Source: Eledone cirrhosa
Taxonomy: Eukaryota
Reading direction: 5' to 3'
NCBI GenBank assembly: GCA_964016885.1
Contig: OZ024750.1
Location: 32,054,001-32,118,000, forward strand
DNA length: 64,000 bases
The position numbers and the translations under genes were made by a program. Below the pieces are notes generated by a model that saw only the letters and a list, made by a program, of their open reading frames with translations, searched no databases and was not told where the DNA came from. Shown here piece after piece: positions 54,034-64,000 of this stretch (positions are counted from its first letter, which is position 1; each line of letters opens with the position of its first letter).

Positions 54034-55099
54034 ATAATATAGACCAGTTTTATAAATAAATATTGACATACCCTTAAAAAATACGACCATTTCTGTTGGA
54101 AGCTCCCGGATAGTTATATATATAACTGAGGATGTGTGTGTGTATGTCTGTACGCACATAACTTCTACAGTTTGCAACCGATTTTCTTCAGATTTTGAAC
54201 AAATATGCGTTATGTTCCCAGAAGTGTTGTGGAGCCATAATCTTTTCAAGGTTTTTCATCTAATGCGGCCCCTAGGTAGACGAAGGCTGTCTCTGGATCA
54301 CCGTTATAATCAAGTCCCATTGGCGGTTACCATTTGGTTAACATTATACTCATCTTAGTGTTACGTCCTCTTTCCTTAGATAATGCCTCCAAGGAAGAGA
54401 TCCGCATATTGCTCGAAAAACGGCGAAAGCTGAGAGAGGGAAAAGAAGAAAAGCAAATGAATCGTCAATGGAGGCTGCAATTAGACGATCGCCAGATAAT
54501 GAACGTAAAGCTACTGCAAGAGCGTTAGAATACTACGAGCAAAGTAATATTTACTTATGTACTCCGGATGGTTACGGGCACTTTCATTTTTTCCAGATAT
54601 TGGTTATAGGGGCCACCGGGTGTAGATAACCCCATTTAGCCGCTTCCTTGGAGTCGACTGAAGCACTGCAATGCAATGCAACAAAACGTAATTACTTCTG
54701 GAGTTCGCAACCAATTTTCACCAAACTTGACACATGGGCTACGTATCTTCTTCAGTTAAATTTGAACACTCAGAATTGGCACATATTGAGTAGGGGACCC
54801 CTGGGTCAGGTACCCCTTTTAGAAAAAGCCATGATTTTGTACACGTATAATTTTCGAAGCAGCACTGAAATATTGACATGAATGCTAAACATGACTCCTA
54901 TTTATTACTCGAGAAACGCCGGGTACATCTGGTAGTACATACATACATACATATATAGATAGATGCATACATACATACACATATACATACATACATGCAT
55001 GCATGCATAAAGGCATGGGGAGGTGAATAGACATATAATATTCTCAAAACCATTTGTTATATTTCTGTCACTGTCCAGTCTCTTCTATGTTTCTATTTC

Positions 55100-55440
55100 T
55101 TCTTTAACATGCTTTGTGGCACAAAGTAACAGTTCTTAACGTTCTGAGTTCAGATCCCGCTGAAGTTAGCTTTGTCTTTCATCCTTACGGGGTGGATAAA
55201 ATAAACTACAAATAACGCACTGCACTCGAATAAATCGACATTTCCCTGTCCTGTAATTGGTGGCCTAAATTAGATATCATTATTGTGAGCCATGCATTGA
55301 CGCATAGAATTATGGCCCTTGCCAATTTGAGTTCAAATCCCGCCGAGGTTAACTTTGCCTTTCATCCTTACGGTGTCGATAAAATAAAGTATCAGAAATA
55401 CACTGGAATAATTGCTGGCCTTGTGCCAAAATTAGAAACA
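55100..55440 (+). mobile_element. Two adjacent tRNA-SINE copies (older about 55100-55280; 5'-truncated 55328-55440)
   Basis: Both carry GAGTTCA(G/A)ATCCCGC and CTTTCATCCTTACGG. Confidence 0.75.
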
Positions 55441-56437
55441 ATTATTGTGAGATTGCTTGGATAAAAGAGAAAGTATGCTTCCTATTTGCAGATAACGATG
55501 AATCTTTATATGCACAGCTTTTACTTAAATTCAATTAGATTGCTGTTGTGCTTCAAATAAAATTTCGTCTTTTACCTTTAAGAAACATCTTGGATCGTAA
55601 CAATTAAATCCCTACAAACACACTTCAAAATATTTGGTGTTCGTGTGGCTGTCACCAAATTAATGATGTACTTAGTGTGAAAAGTGAGAGCTGTTAACTT
55701 AAGTCTACAATATTAGGCGACCTACCTTTGCATTATGATACATATATACATATCTCCAGACGCCTTCTAATATTTAATGAAGATAGTTTGAAACTATTTA
55801 TTATTGTGATAATACTTACATGGTATCAAATTAAATTGCTTCAGTGTGAGTGTGTCCGTGAAACATATACATATAGACCAGGTCCGAACACAAAGGAACC
55901 AAACTTTCATGTCACTGCTTATTTATAATCAACCCCAATGACAATTGGAACGTATAGGAATTCGATTTGTCTGACCATCGTTCATAGTTTTAAATCATTT
56001 CTGCTAAATTTCTAGCACTTTTGTTTCCAATTAGCCTCCAAAAACGACTGTTTGTAACCGTTTCTAAAGACCCTGGCAAAGTATTAACCTAGATTTTCTG
56101 CTGTTTTTATTTGTGTTGTTTTTGTAATCTTGGATTTCAATAACTGCCATTAATATCCATTTATATTATTCTAGTTTAAGCACTCGCCAGGAATATCGAC
56201 AATTAAATATATGAGCCAGCTATACGTGATCGTACGTGTCTGTTTGACTGTGTGTTTGTATTGCTTCTTCTTATCGTTTTAGTGTCTCTATTCGTTTTGT
56301 AACTAAGGAGATGATAGCCAATCTCATCCGCTCCATCTGCCTCTGACATTCACGTTTGCTTTCTTGTTTAATATTCCTTTACTAATATTCATAGAAAGAT
56401 ATGTCACAACTGCCATTCCTTACTATCTCTAACTCTA

Positions 56438-56498
<61 letters not shown>

Positions 56499-57057
56499 CA
56501 CTCTCTCTCTCTCTCTCTCGCACTATCTTCTTCATTATCTCCCCATCTCTCTCTCTCTGCAGGCGGCAAACCCTAAAATAAACATTGAAAGCTCCTAAGA
56601 AACCATTTAAATTTGGAAAAATCCAATAATTTCATCGAATTTCTTTCTCTTTTCATGATACAGGGGCCGGGCGTACGCGTGGTGTTATTTCTTCGACGGC
56701 GGCCATACTTACTGATGATTAAGTCGTCAGTATTATCTATAGTATTTTGGCACTGTCCAATGTTGCTCTGTGTATTTTCGTCTGGAGAGTTATTTAGTTG
56801 TTACTGTCATTCCCATAGGTATACCGCCTTCACTATTTGAAATTGGCATGGCTTCAACCAGAATTTGAAACCGTGTTTGCAGCAGCAGACGTCCACCGTA
56901 CGTTTGTCCAGCACTTCCTCACACGCAATGCAAAATAAACAAAATGATAAATATAAACCAAATGACTCCAACATTTTTATCTGCTGGCCTATGGTGTATT
57001 TACACCCACTCACACACACTGAAACACACGTACAAGCGCACCTATCTCTCTATCTCT

Positions 57058-57115
<58 letters not shown>

Positions 57116-57119
<4 letters not shown>

Positions 57120-57210
57120 CTGGACTAGCCGTCGAAACGGATTGAGCTCTGCCGTTGGGGTCATACTTTTTCCTATTTCCCACTTTACTACCCTAAGTAT
57201 TGAGAACTAT

Positions 57211-57243
<33 letters not shown>

Positions 57244-57430
57244 ACAAAGGAATTGTGGTAAGGAACCAGATGGACCATAACGCACCAGAGTACTCAATAC
57301 TTAGGGTAGTAGAGTGCGAAATAGGAAAACGTCTGACCCCGACGGCAGAGCTCAACCCGTTTCGACGGCTAGTCCAGAAATAGCCGTCGAATCGGGTTGA
57401 GCTCTGCCGTCGTGGTCATACTTTTTCCTA
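57116..57430. mobile_element. Two opposed copies of the 36961 fold-back family separated by (TA)n
   Basis: 57116-57205 (+) and 57241-57430 (-, arms 57322-57371 and 57381-57430). Confidence 0.8.
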
Positions 57431-57456
57431 TATATATATATATAAATATGCACATG

Positions 57457-57507
<51 letters not shown>

Positions 57508-58191
57508 GTGTAATAATAATAAATTTGAAGACTAAAATCCAAAGAGGGCTCGATAAGGTTAAATATATATATCAAATATATAAGAACCGTAGACCAAATA
57601 TTTATTAAAATAACAGATGTATGTGTGTGTGTGTATGTGTGTATGTGTGGATGTGCATTTGGTACAGCACAGTAATAAAGTATAATTATGAAAAGTAATA
57701 AGGACATTGTTTTCAACTTGGGCAAACAAAATATAATAAATGGTTGTTTATGATTTGATTTAAGCACTTTTGTCTTTCAGAAGACTTAGTTATTCCAATG
57801 GTTTCCTATGTCTGTGTGAAAATATACATCGGAAAACTCTGGCTGGACTATCCTTTGAATAACATCTAAATATATAAATCGATGCGTCTTATGGAAGACG
57901 AAAACACTATATTAAAATTGTAATCTTGGTATCTATCTATCTATCTATCTATCTATTTATCGTCTCAGCTGTCGTCTGTTCTACAGTGTGGATGTCATTC
58001 ACTTCGCACAGAAGTTTTGTTCAAATTTATTGAGGAAATTTTGTGAGTTCAAACTTAATTTTGATACAATTGTGTAGCTTGACCCTCCGTCTGAACTGTC
58101 AGGCGGTGGGTCAGCTCATCTTTACCCCTCCTAGAGGTGAAAAACCTGTTTTAAAAAATTTTGTGTAAAAACTTTCAATCGTCTAACAGAA

Positions 58192-60093
58192 ATGTTAAAC
58201 GCAGCGAACGAAAATAGTGGTGGGGGGACAGCGGTAAGAGTTGTAAGCTCGCACGCTTTAGTCCTCCCTTCCTTCCCAACTAACGTCATAGAGAAGGAAG
58301 GAAAAATGAAAATAAAAACGGACGAATCTGCGGAGAAAAAATTAAATGACGAAAACATAAATCTGAACTTGGATTCCAACAACGAAAAAAAAAAATTTGA
58401 AAAATTGCATGACAATACTAATAACACAAACAAAGACACAACAAACAAAAAAATAACAGTTGAAAATAACATCATATCAGAAAACAAAGCAGACGACAAT
58501 ATTTCATTTGCACAGAAAACAAAGAAATCTTTGACTTATATAGCGGAAAACATTTCAGATGTGGTACGAAGGATCACGGACGCAAAACAATACATAAGTG
58601 AAGGTGAGAATGGTATTTTATTGGTAAAAATGCCTCAAGAATTCACGAAAGACATTGAAAGCCGAACGGTCAAGTTTCGGACCATCAACAACAGTACAAA
58701 AAAACCTGAACAGCCTTCTCAAGCAGATATCAAAACAGTACTCACAGAAGTACTGAATGAAACAACTTTCATAAGAAAAGACAGACTGTATGGAAGCCTA
58801 GCAATTATCATGAAGAACGAATCGGCGGCAAAAAAATGTGCTTTGTCACCGATTCGTTCGAAAAATTTCACCTTTTATCCATCTTATATGGGAAAAAAAA
58901 CTCAACGCATATGGCTGGATGCAATGATGCCAGATGTGGACTACTGCTGGCTCATAGCTGGCTTCATCGATCCAGTGAATGACAACGTGATTTCCATTGG
59001 GAAAACCACAGGCAATGCGTTCAGTGGAACAGGTATAGAGCTGGTAGTACAAATGAAGCCTGAACGCATCGCCCAAATACCCGACAGAATCCTATTAGAG
59101 GACCACGGGTATATAAACATTAGCGTGGAGGGGAGAAGGCCGTCCTGCCATATCTGTGCAGGCAGAGGGCACCTGAAGGCCGCTTGTCCCCAACTCAACA
59201 AAAAGAAAACCCTGCTACAAACACCAGCTCCACCACCACCACCACAACAGATAAACAAACAACAAAACTCAGTCCCACCCAACCCGTCCCTCAGTAACAC
59301 CACAACACCACCACAACACAAACAGTCACAACACATTACCCCAAAACAAAATACAGGCCCACCCAACCTCTCACTCAATAAAACAACACAACCACCGCAG
59401 ACACAACACACAAGACAGTCTAACATAGTGACATCCATCTCCCCCACAAAGAAAACCAACACGGAAACATTACCAGCAAACATACCTCTTCCCTCCAACA
59501 CTGAAGATAACCCAACGAATTCGGAGGAAGAAACGGAGTCCTTCAGACAGATTAAAAGGAAAAAAAGAAAACATGTGCAAAACACACAAGGACAAACAAC
59601 CCCCACCCAAATCGCAACACAATCTAACAAAACAGAAAACACCCCTCCAGCAACAAACAAAACCAAACCTGCCCCTCCCCTCTTCGAAACACTCACACCA
59701 TCGGAAAAAAAGACATTACACTATACTTACATCAACAGAAACAATAATAAATTAAATGAACTCATATACAATAATCCTTCGGTACAAACCGAAGGTGTAA
59801 ACTTTGTTTCATCAGAAAACCACCCACATTTAAAACTAATAAAAATCCCAATGAACCTCTACCAAAAACTAAAAAAGGATTTTAAGGAGGACGTAGGACC
59901 ACCCTCTGTCAAACCCATAAACCGCGTCCTACTAAAAAGCTTTCCCCCTCCCCTTCCCCTCCCCAACACAACTCCAAACACCCCAACCCCACCACACACC
60001 GACGACCCCACACCACCACAAGACACCCCTTCACCCAACACCCCCGACCCCATGGAAGTCGTGCAACCCGAACCCCGGGAAGCGGAAAGGTAG
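58192..60093 (+). CDS. LINE ORF1p with CCHC zinc knuckle (633 aa)
   Basis: CHICAGRGHLKAAC; SVEGRRP and PSYMGKK align to copy A ORF1; Pro/Thr/Gln-rich tail. Confidence 0.88.
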   Translation: MLNAANENSGGGTAVRVVSSHALVLPSFPTNVIEKEGKMKIKTDESAEKKLNDENINLNLDSNNEKKKFEKLHDNTNNTNKDTTNKKITVENNIISENKADDNISFAQKTKKSLTYIAENISDVVRRITDAKQYISEGENGILLVKMPQEFTKDIESRTVKFRTINNSTKKPEQPSQADIKTVLTEVLNETTFIRKDRLYGSLAIIMKNESAAKKCALSPIRSKNFTFYPSYMGKKTQRIWLDAMMPDVDYCWLIAGFIDPVNDNVISIGKTTGNAFSGTGIELVVQMKPERIAQIPDRILLEDHGYINISVEGRRPSCHICAGRGHLKAACPQLNKKKTLLQTPAPPPPPQQINKQQNSVPPNPSLSNTTTPPQHKQSQHITPKQNTGPPNLSLNKTTQPPQTQHTRQSNIVTSISPTKKTNTETLPANIPLPSNTEDNPTNSEEETESFRQIKRKKRKHVQNTQGQTTPTQIATQSNKTENTPPATNKTKPAPPLFETLTPSEKKTLHYTYINRNNNKLNELIYNNPSVQTEGVNFVSSENHPHLKLIKIPMNLYQKLKKDFKEDVGPPSVKPINRVLLKSFPPPLPLPNTTPNTPTPPHTDDPTPPQDTPSPNTPDPMEVVQPEPREAER

Positions 60094-60126
60094 GTCTCTA
60101 CACTCTCCTTTGGCTCTGCCGCCCAC

Positions 60127-63100
60127 ATGGATGTGTTAAGAGTAGGATGTTTGAATGCACGTGGCCTGGGCTCAACTTGGAAGCAAGCAAAGCTTCTAAA
60201 TGACCTCAGGTCATGTAGTATAAATGTAATGGTTATCTGTGAGACTCGAATCAGCGTCATGCGGCAGCTGGCCCCCACCTTCGATGACTTTGAGGTGCAT
60301 GCATCTCTCTGTCAACCTGGAGGTGGGGGTGGGGTTGTCGTGCTGCTGCAAAAACACCTGGGTCTTGCCGTACAGGTTGTGCACTCGGACCCGGAGGGTC
60401 GTTTGTTGGTGCTAGACGTTGGCAGTAGTGAAAGTGCGGCCTTGAGACTGGTCGCCGTCTACTCCCCTTTCGGAGCTGAACGGCCCGACTTCTTCCAGCG
60501 TTTGGAGACTTTTCTGGGAACGTCGCGTTCCCTGCTTCTAGCGGGGGATTGGAATGACATCCTGGATGCACGTTGGGACTATGCAGGAGCATGTCCTAAT
60601 AGAGGGGGGTGTAACAGCCTCAAGGGGTTACTCGACCGTTTTAACTTGGTCGATAGATATCGACTAGATTTTCCAACTGTGCCTACCTGGACTTGGAGAA
60701 ACCACAGTGGTCAAGCTAGATCGTACTTAGATAGATTCTTAGTTAGAAGTAAGGATAGGGACATATTAAGCTGTCCAGAAATGCGAACGGTTGGCTACAC
60801 GGATCACAAATTAGTGACCTGCGTGGTCAATCTCGAGAAAACACATAGACAGGGTTCCGGTTACTGGAAACTTAATTTGTCTTTACCGGCAAAAGAGACT
60901 TACAGAAACCGGATTAGCAGATTAGTTAAGGAGAGGTTGACGGGTGCAATCGTCAACAACCGATGGTGGGCATCTCTCAAAAGAGAGATTAGAACAGAAT
61001 CAATAAGTTATAGCAAGATGTTAGCTGCCAATAGGAATAGAAACGAGAAAGAATTAACAGGTAAATTAGAAGAGGCAATCAAGAGCGAAGATGTGGCCAG
61101 AGTGCTGGCATCGAGGACGGCCTTGAACCAGTTTTTCGATGCAAAGCATGAAGGCTGCGTCATTCGAAGTAAAATACGTGCTCTAGGTAATGAGGGGGCC
61201 AAAGCCGTTGGATGGGCCCGCGTGACAGAAGCTAAAAGTGGAAATCGATCCACCATCCGGTCGTTGCAAGACGAAGATGGACGAGTGATCCGGGAGCCTA
61301 AGCAGATGTGCGAGGCCTTTCAAAAGCACTTTGCCCGATTGTTCGGGGGAGGCGAGGGTCCGGGCCGGGGCGTGGATTTCGGTCCATACCTCGACGGCCT
61401 GCCGCGTCTCTCGAACAAAGAGGCAGAGTCCTGCGAGGGACCAATCTCGGCTGATGAGATCGGAGATGCGCTAAGCCAATGCAGCAGACGCAAATCTCCA
61501 GGTCTCGATGGTATACCTTACGAACTTTATTTAGCAATGCCGGTCTTCTTCTCCGAACTCCTCGAAGCGGTCTACTGCAATTGGCAGCAGAACGGGAGAA
61601 TTCCTTGTTCTGTAGCCAAGGGCGTAGTCACGCTGGTGAGGAAGGACGAGAACAAGGGGGATAGTATAAATAATTTTCGGCCCATAACCCTGCTAAACAC
61701 AGAGTTAAAGATTTTGGCCAAGGTGTTAGCAAAGAGGTTGGCGCTTGTCGTGGGTGGCCTGGTGGGAGATGCGCAGACATGTGCTATCCCATCCAGGTCC
61801 ATTCACGATAACCTCCACCTCATGCGATACATCATAGAGAGGGTTGGCAACAAACCCGGCTCGGTGGGGCCCTGATCAACTTGGTTCAGTCTAAGGCCTT
61901 CGATAGGGTCGACCATGGTTACCTGGATGCGGTGCTAGCGGCGGCTGGGTTCGGTCCTGTTTTCAGAGGCTGGATCACTGCCCTACATAGCAACCACATC
62001 TGTTCTAGGATCAAGGTGAACGGCTACCTTTCGAAGCCGTTCGAAATCACACGATCCATTCGACAGGGGTGCCCTCTCTCCTCCCTTCTGTACGTATTGA
62101 CTCTCGAGCCTTTACTGAGGAAGTTGGAGTTGTTGCAGGGTATCCCCCTGGAACCAGGATTGAGCAAAGCGGTGTCGGCCTACGCCGATGACGTAACAGT
62201 AATGGTATCAACCGACTCGGAGATCGAGGCGATCGGTACCTTACTGGAGGAGTACGAAAGGTTGTCAGGAGCGAAACTGAACCGGGAAAAATCCATCGGG
62301 CTGCAACTCGGAACGTGGAGAGGCAAACCGATGCCTCCTGACGGTGTCGTCGGACACTGGACGGAGGGCCCGGTAAAGTTGCTTGGGGTCTGGTTTGGAC
62401 CGGACCTCCAGGTGGAAAAGAACTGGAACGAGGTTACGAACAAGGTGTTTGCACTAACCCAGAAATGGGCCAAGTGTAAGCTGTCCCTAAAAGGCCGGGC
62501 GGAGGTGGCGAACATTTACATAGCGTCCGTCACTTACTACCGCCTGACTGTCGTGCCTTGCCCTAAGGAAACACTCACCACCATGGAACGCATGCTCTTC
62601 CAATTTCTTTGGAAGAAGCGTCCTCCTATGGTGAGAAGATCCATCTGCTGCCAACAACCTTCGAAAGGAGGGCTGGGGATGCCGTGGTTGATGATGCGTA
62701 GGCACGCATTAAGGCTACGGCACCTACAGGTATTCCTCACTGGTCAACCGGTGTGGGCTCCGTTCGTGAAACGAGCCTTTCCGAGACTCGTCTCACTCAC
62801 CGAGCTACGGTCCTGGGTCAAGCAAAGATCCGGAAAACTGGGAGACTGGCACACTGAGTGTGCTCAGGCGCTCAGGGCTCTCTGGCAAGCGGGCCGGGCC
62901 ATCGGTGGAGAATCCACCTCATCATTCTATAGAGGGCTGGTGGCTAGCAGGGGCGATGACACCCTTGGAGAGTCGCTGGACATGGAAGAAGACGAACTGG
63001 CCAGCCTGTTCGGTAGGACTTTCGGCCCAGGACCAATGGACAACTTCCAGAAGTCACTGGCCTGGCAGTGCTACCGAGGGGCTCTACCCGTTCGAGAGAG

Positions 63101-63537
63101 GCTCTACAGACACGGGCGCCCGGGCAGGGATCCCTCAAAAAAGATTTGCCCTAGATGCGTGCGTCACGAAGAAACCGTAGCGCACGCATTGGTGCAATGT
63201 CCGGGCGTGGCTGATCTGTGGGGCTGCGCCGATTAAATTGACCGCCGAGTCCGTGGTGACAATCAAACCGCCTCCCCTCTTCACAAAGGAAGCAAAGGCG
63301 GTTTTTCTGTGCGTAATAGCCATGTTGAAAGAGGTTGTTTGGTGGACACGATCGAAAGGTCTGAGGTCAGGCAACTTCCTCTCTGGCCATAGTCTGGTCT
63401 ACTTCTTCCGATATCACTTCGGAAGAAGGATAAGAATGGAGAGAGAGGTGCTTGGCCACAGGCAGTTTTATGAAAGGTGGGTGATAGTGGCGAGAATGGC
63501 TCGTGTAAATGGGCCTTCTCTGTATACCATCCTGTAG
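60127..63537 (+). pseudogene. LINE ORF2 (APE-RT-zinc finger) broken by two frameshifts
   Basis: Colinear with 11902-15321; 1-nt deletion near 61861, about 26-nt deletion near 63231, and LDQSKAFD changed to LVQSKAFD. Confidence 0.92.
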
Positions 63538-63801
63538 GTAAAGAAGTAAAGGAGAGGGGAGCACCTTCTCCATATGCTCCCCGGGCAAAGGATTGCACAC
63601 TTTTTCGGGGGTGTGTGCAACCCCCATCACGTCCCCTCCCTTTTGAGGTTATTTTCGATTATTTTCATGTTACACCCTTTTTACTCGATTATATGTAAAC
63701 TCCCCCTTTGTATTTGTCCCTTCTTTTTATGCCTTTATGGTAAATAAAGAAATCTATCTATCTATTTATCGTCTGTGACCCTCCCTCCCTCTCTCTCTCG
63801 C

Positions 63802-63854
<53 letters not shown>

Positions 63855-63892
63855 TTACAGAAATTCATTGGTTGTAATGTTATCTATATAAT

Positions 63893-64000
63893 TGTTTCTA
63901 CTTTTGGCACAAGGCCAGCAATTATTCCAGTATATTACTGGTACTTTATTTTATCGACCCCGTAAGGATGAAAGGTAAAGTTAACCTCGGCGGGATTTGA
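63893..64000 (-). mobile_element. tRNA-SINE (43885 family), cut by window end
   Basis: TTGTTTCTACTTTTGGCACAAGGCCAGC...CGACCCCGTAAGGATGAAAGG...CCTCGGCGGGATTTGA. Confidence 0.88.

Larger units (their letters stand above)
57966..63751 (+). mobile_element. Full-length Tx1/L1-clade LINE (copy B, divergent family, ORF2 disabled)
   Basis: Same layout as copy A; 23-bp duplication ATCTATCTATCTATTTATCGTCT at 57943-57965 and 63752-63774; ends AATAAAGAA(ATC). Confidence 0.93.

Noticed and set aside
56540-56585. Pyrimidine tract plus CAG|GC GGC AAA CCC TAA as the next zinc-finger exon (would read HTG-GKP-stop)
   Set aside because: The tract is a (CT)n microsatellite and a stop follows at once; likely chance, though RNA data could overturn this.

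Overview
AT-rich, microsatellite-dense eukaryotic DNA. The SINE families, (TA)n/(CA)n load and a C2H2 exon suggest an octopus or other cephalopod genome (inference). Real protein coding is limited to two full-length Tx1/L1-clade LINEs (9560-15584 with intact ORFs; 57966-63751 disabled), one host C2H2 zinc-finger exon (41965-42769), and decayed fragments of R4/Dong, CRE, RTE and Penelope-like (GIY-YIG) retroelements. There are also tRNA-derived SINEs, a MITE and a probable Helitron. Nearly all other listed ORFs are microsatellite or antisense artefacts. Three unannotated patterns stand out. (1) In both divergent LINEs the ORF1 stop lies inside a GT(A/G)xGT splice donor, and the next AG gives a 53-nt or 51-nt intron whose removal fuses ORF1 to ORF2 in frame at the same Arg codon. 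(2) About 13 type I hammerhead-ribozyme motifs from roughly 8 sequence families sit about 50-200 nt upstream of (TA)n tracts or in inverted copies of such ends, mostly in fold-back Penelope-like units. (3) Both LINEs end in AATAAAGAAATC without poly(A) and sit in different microsatellites, (ATT)n and (ATCT)n. All structures were read by eye; no folding, alignment or database search was run.
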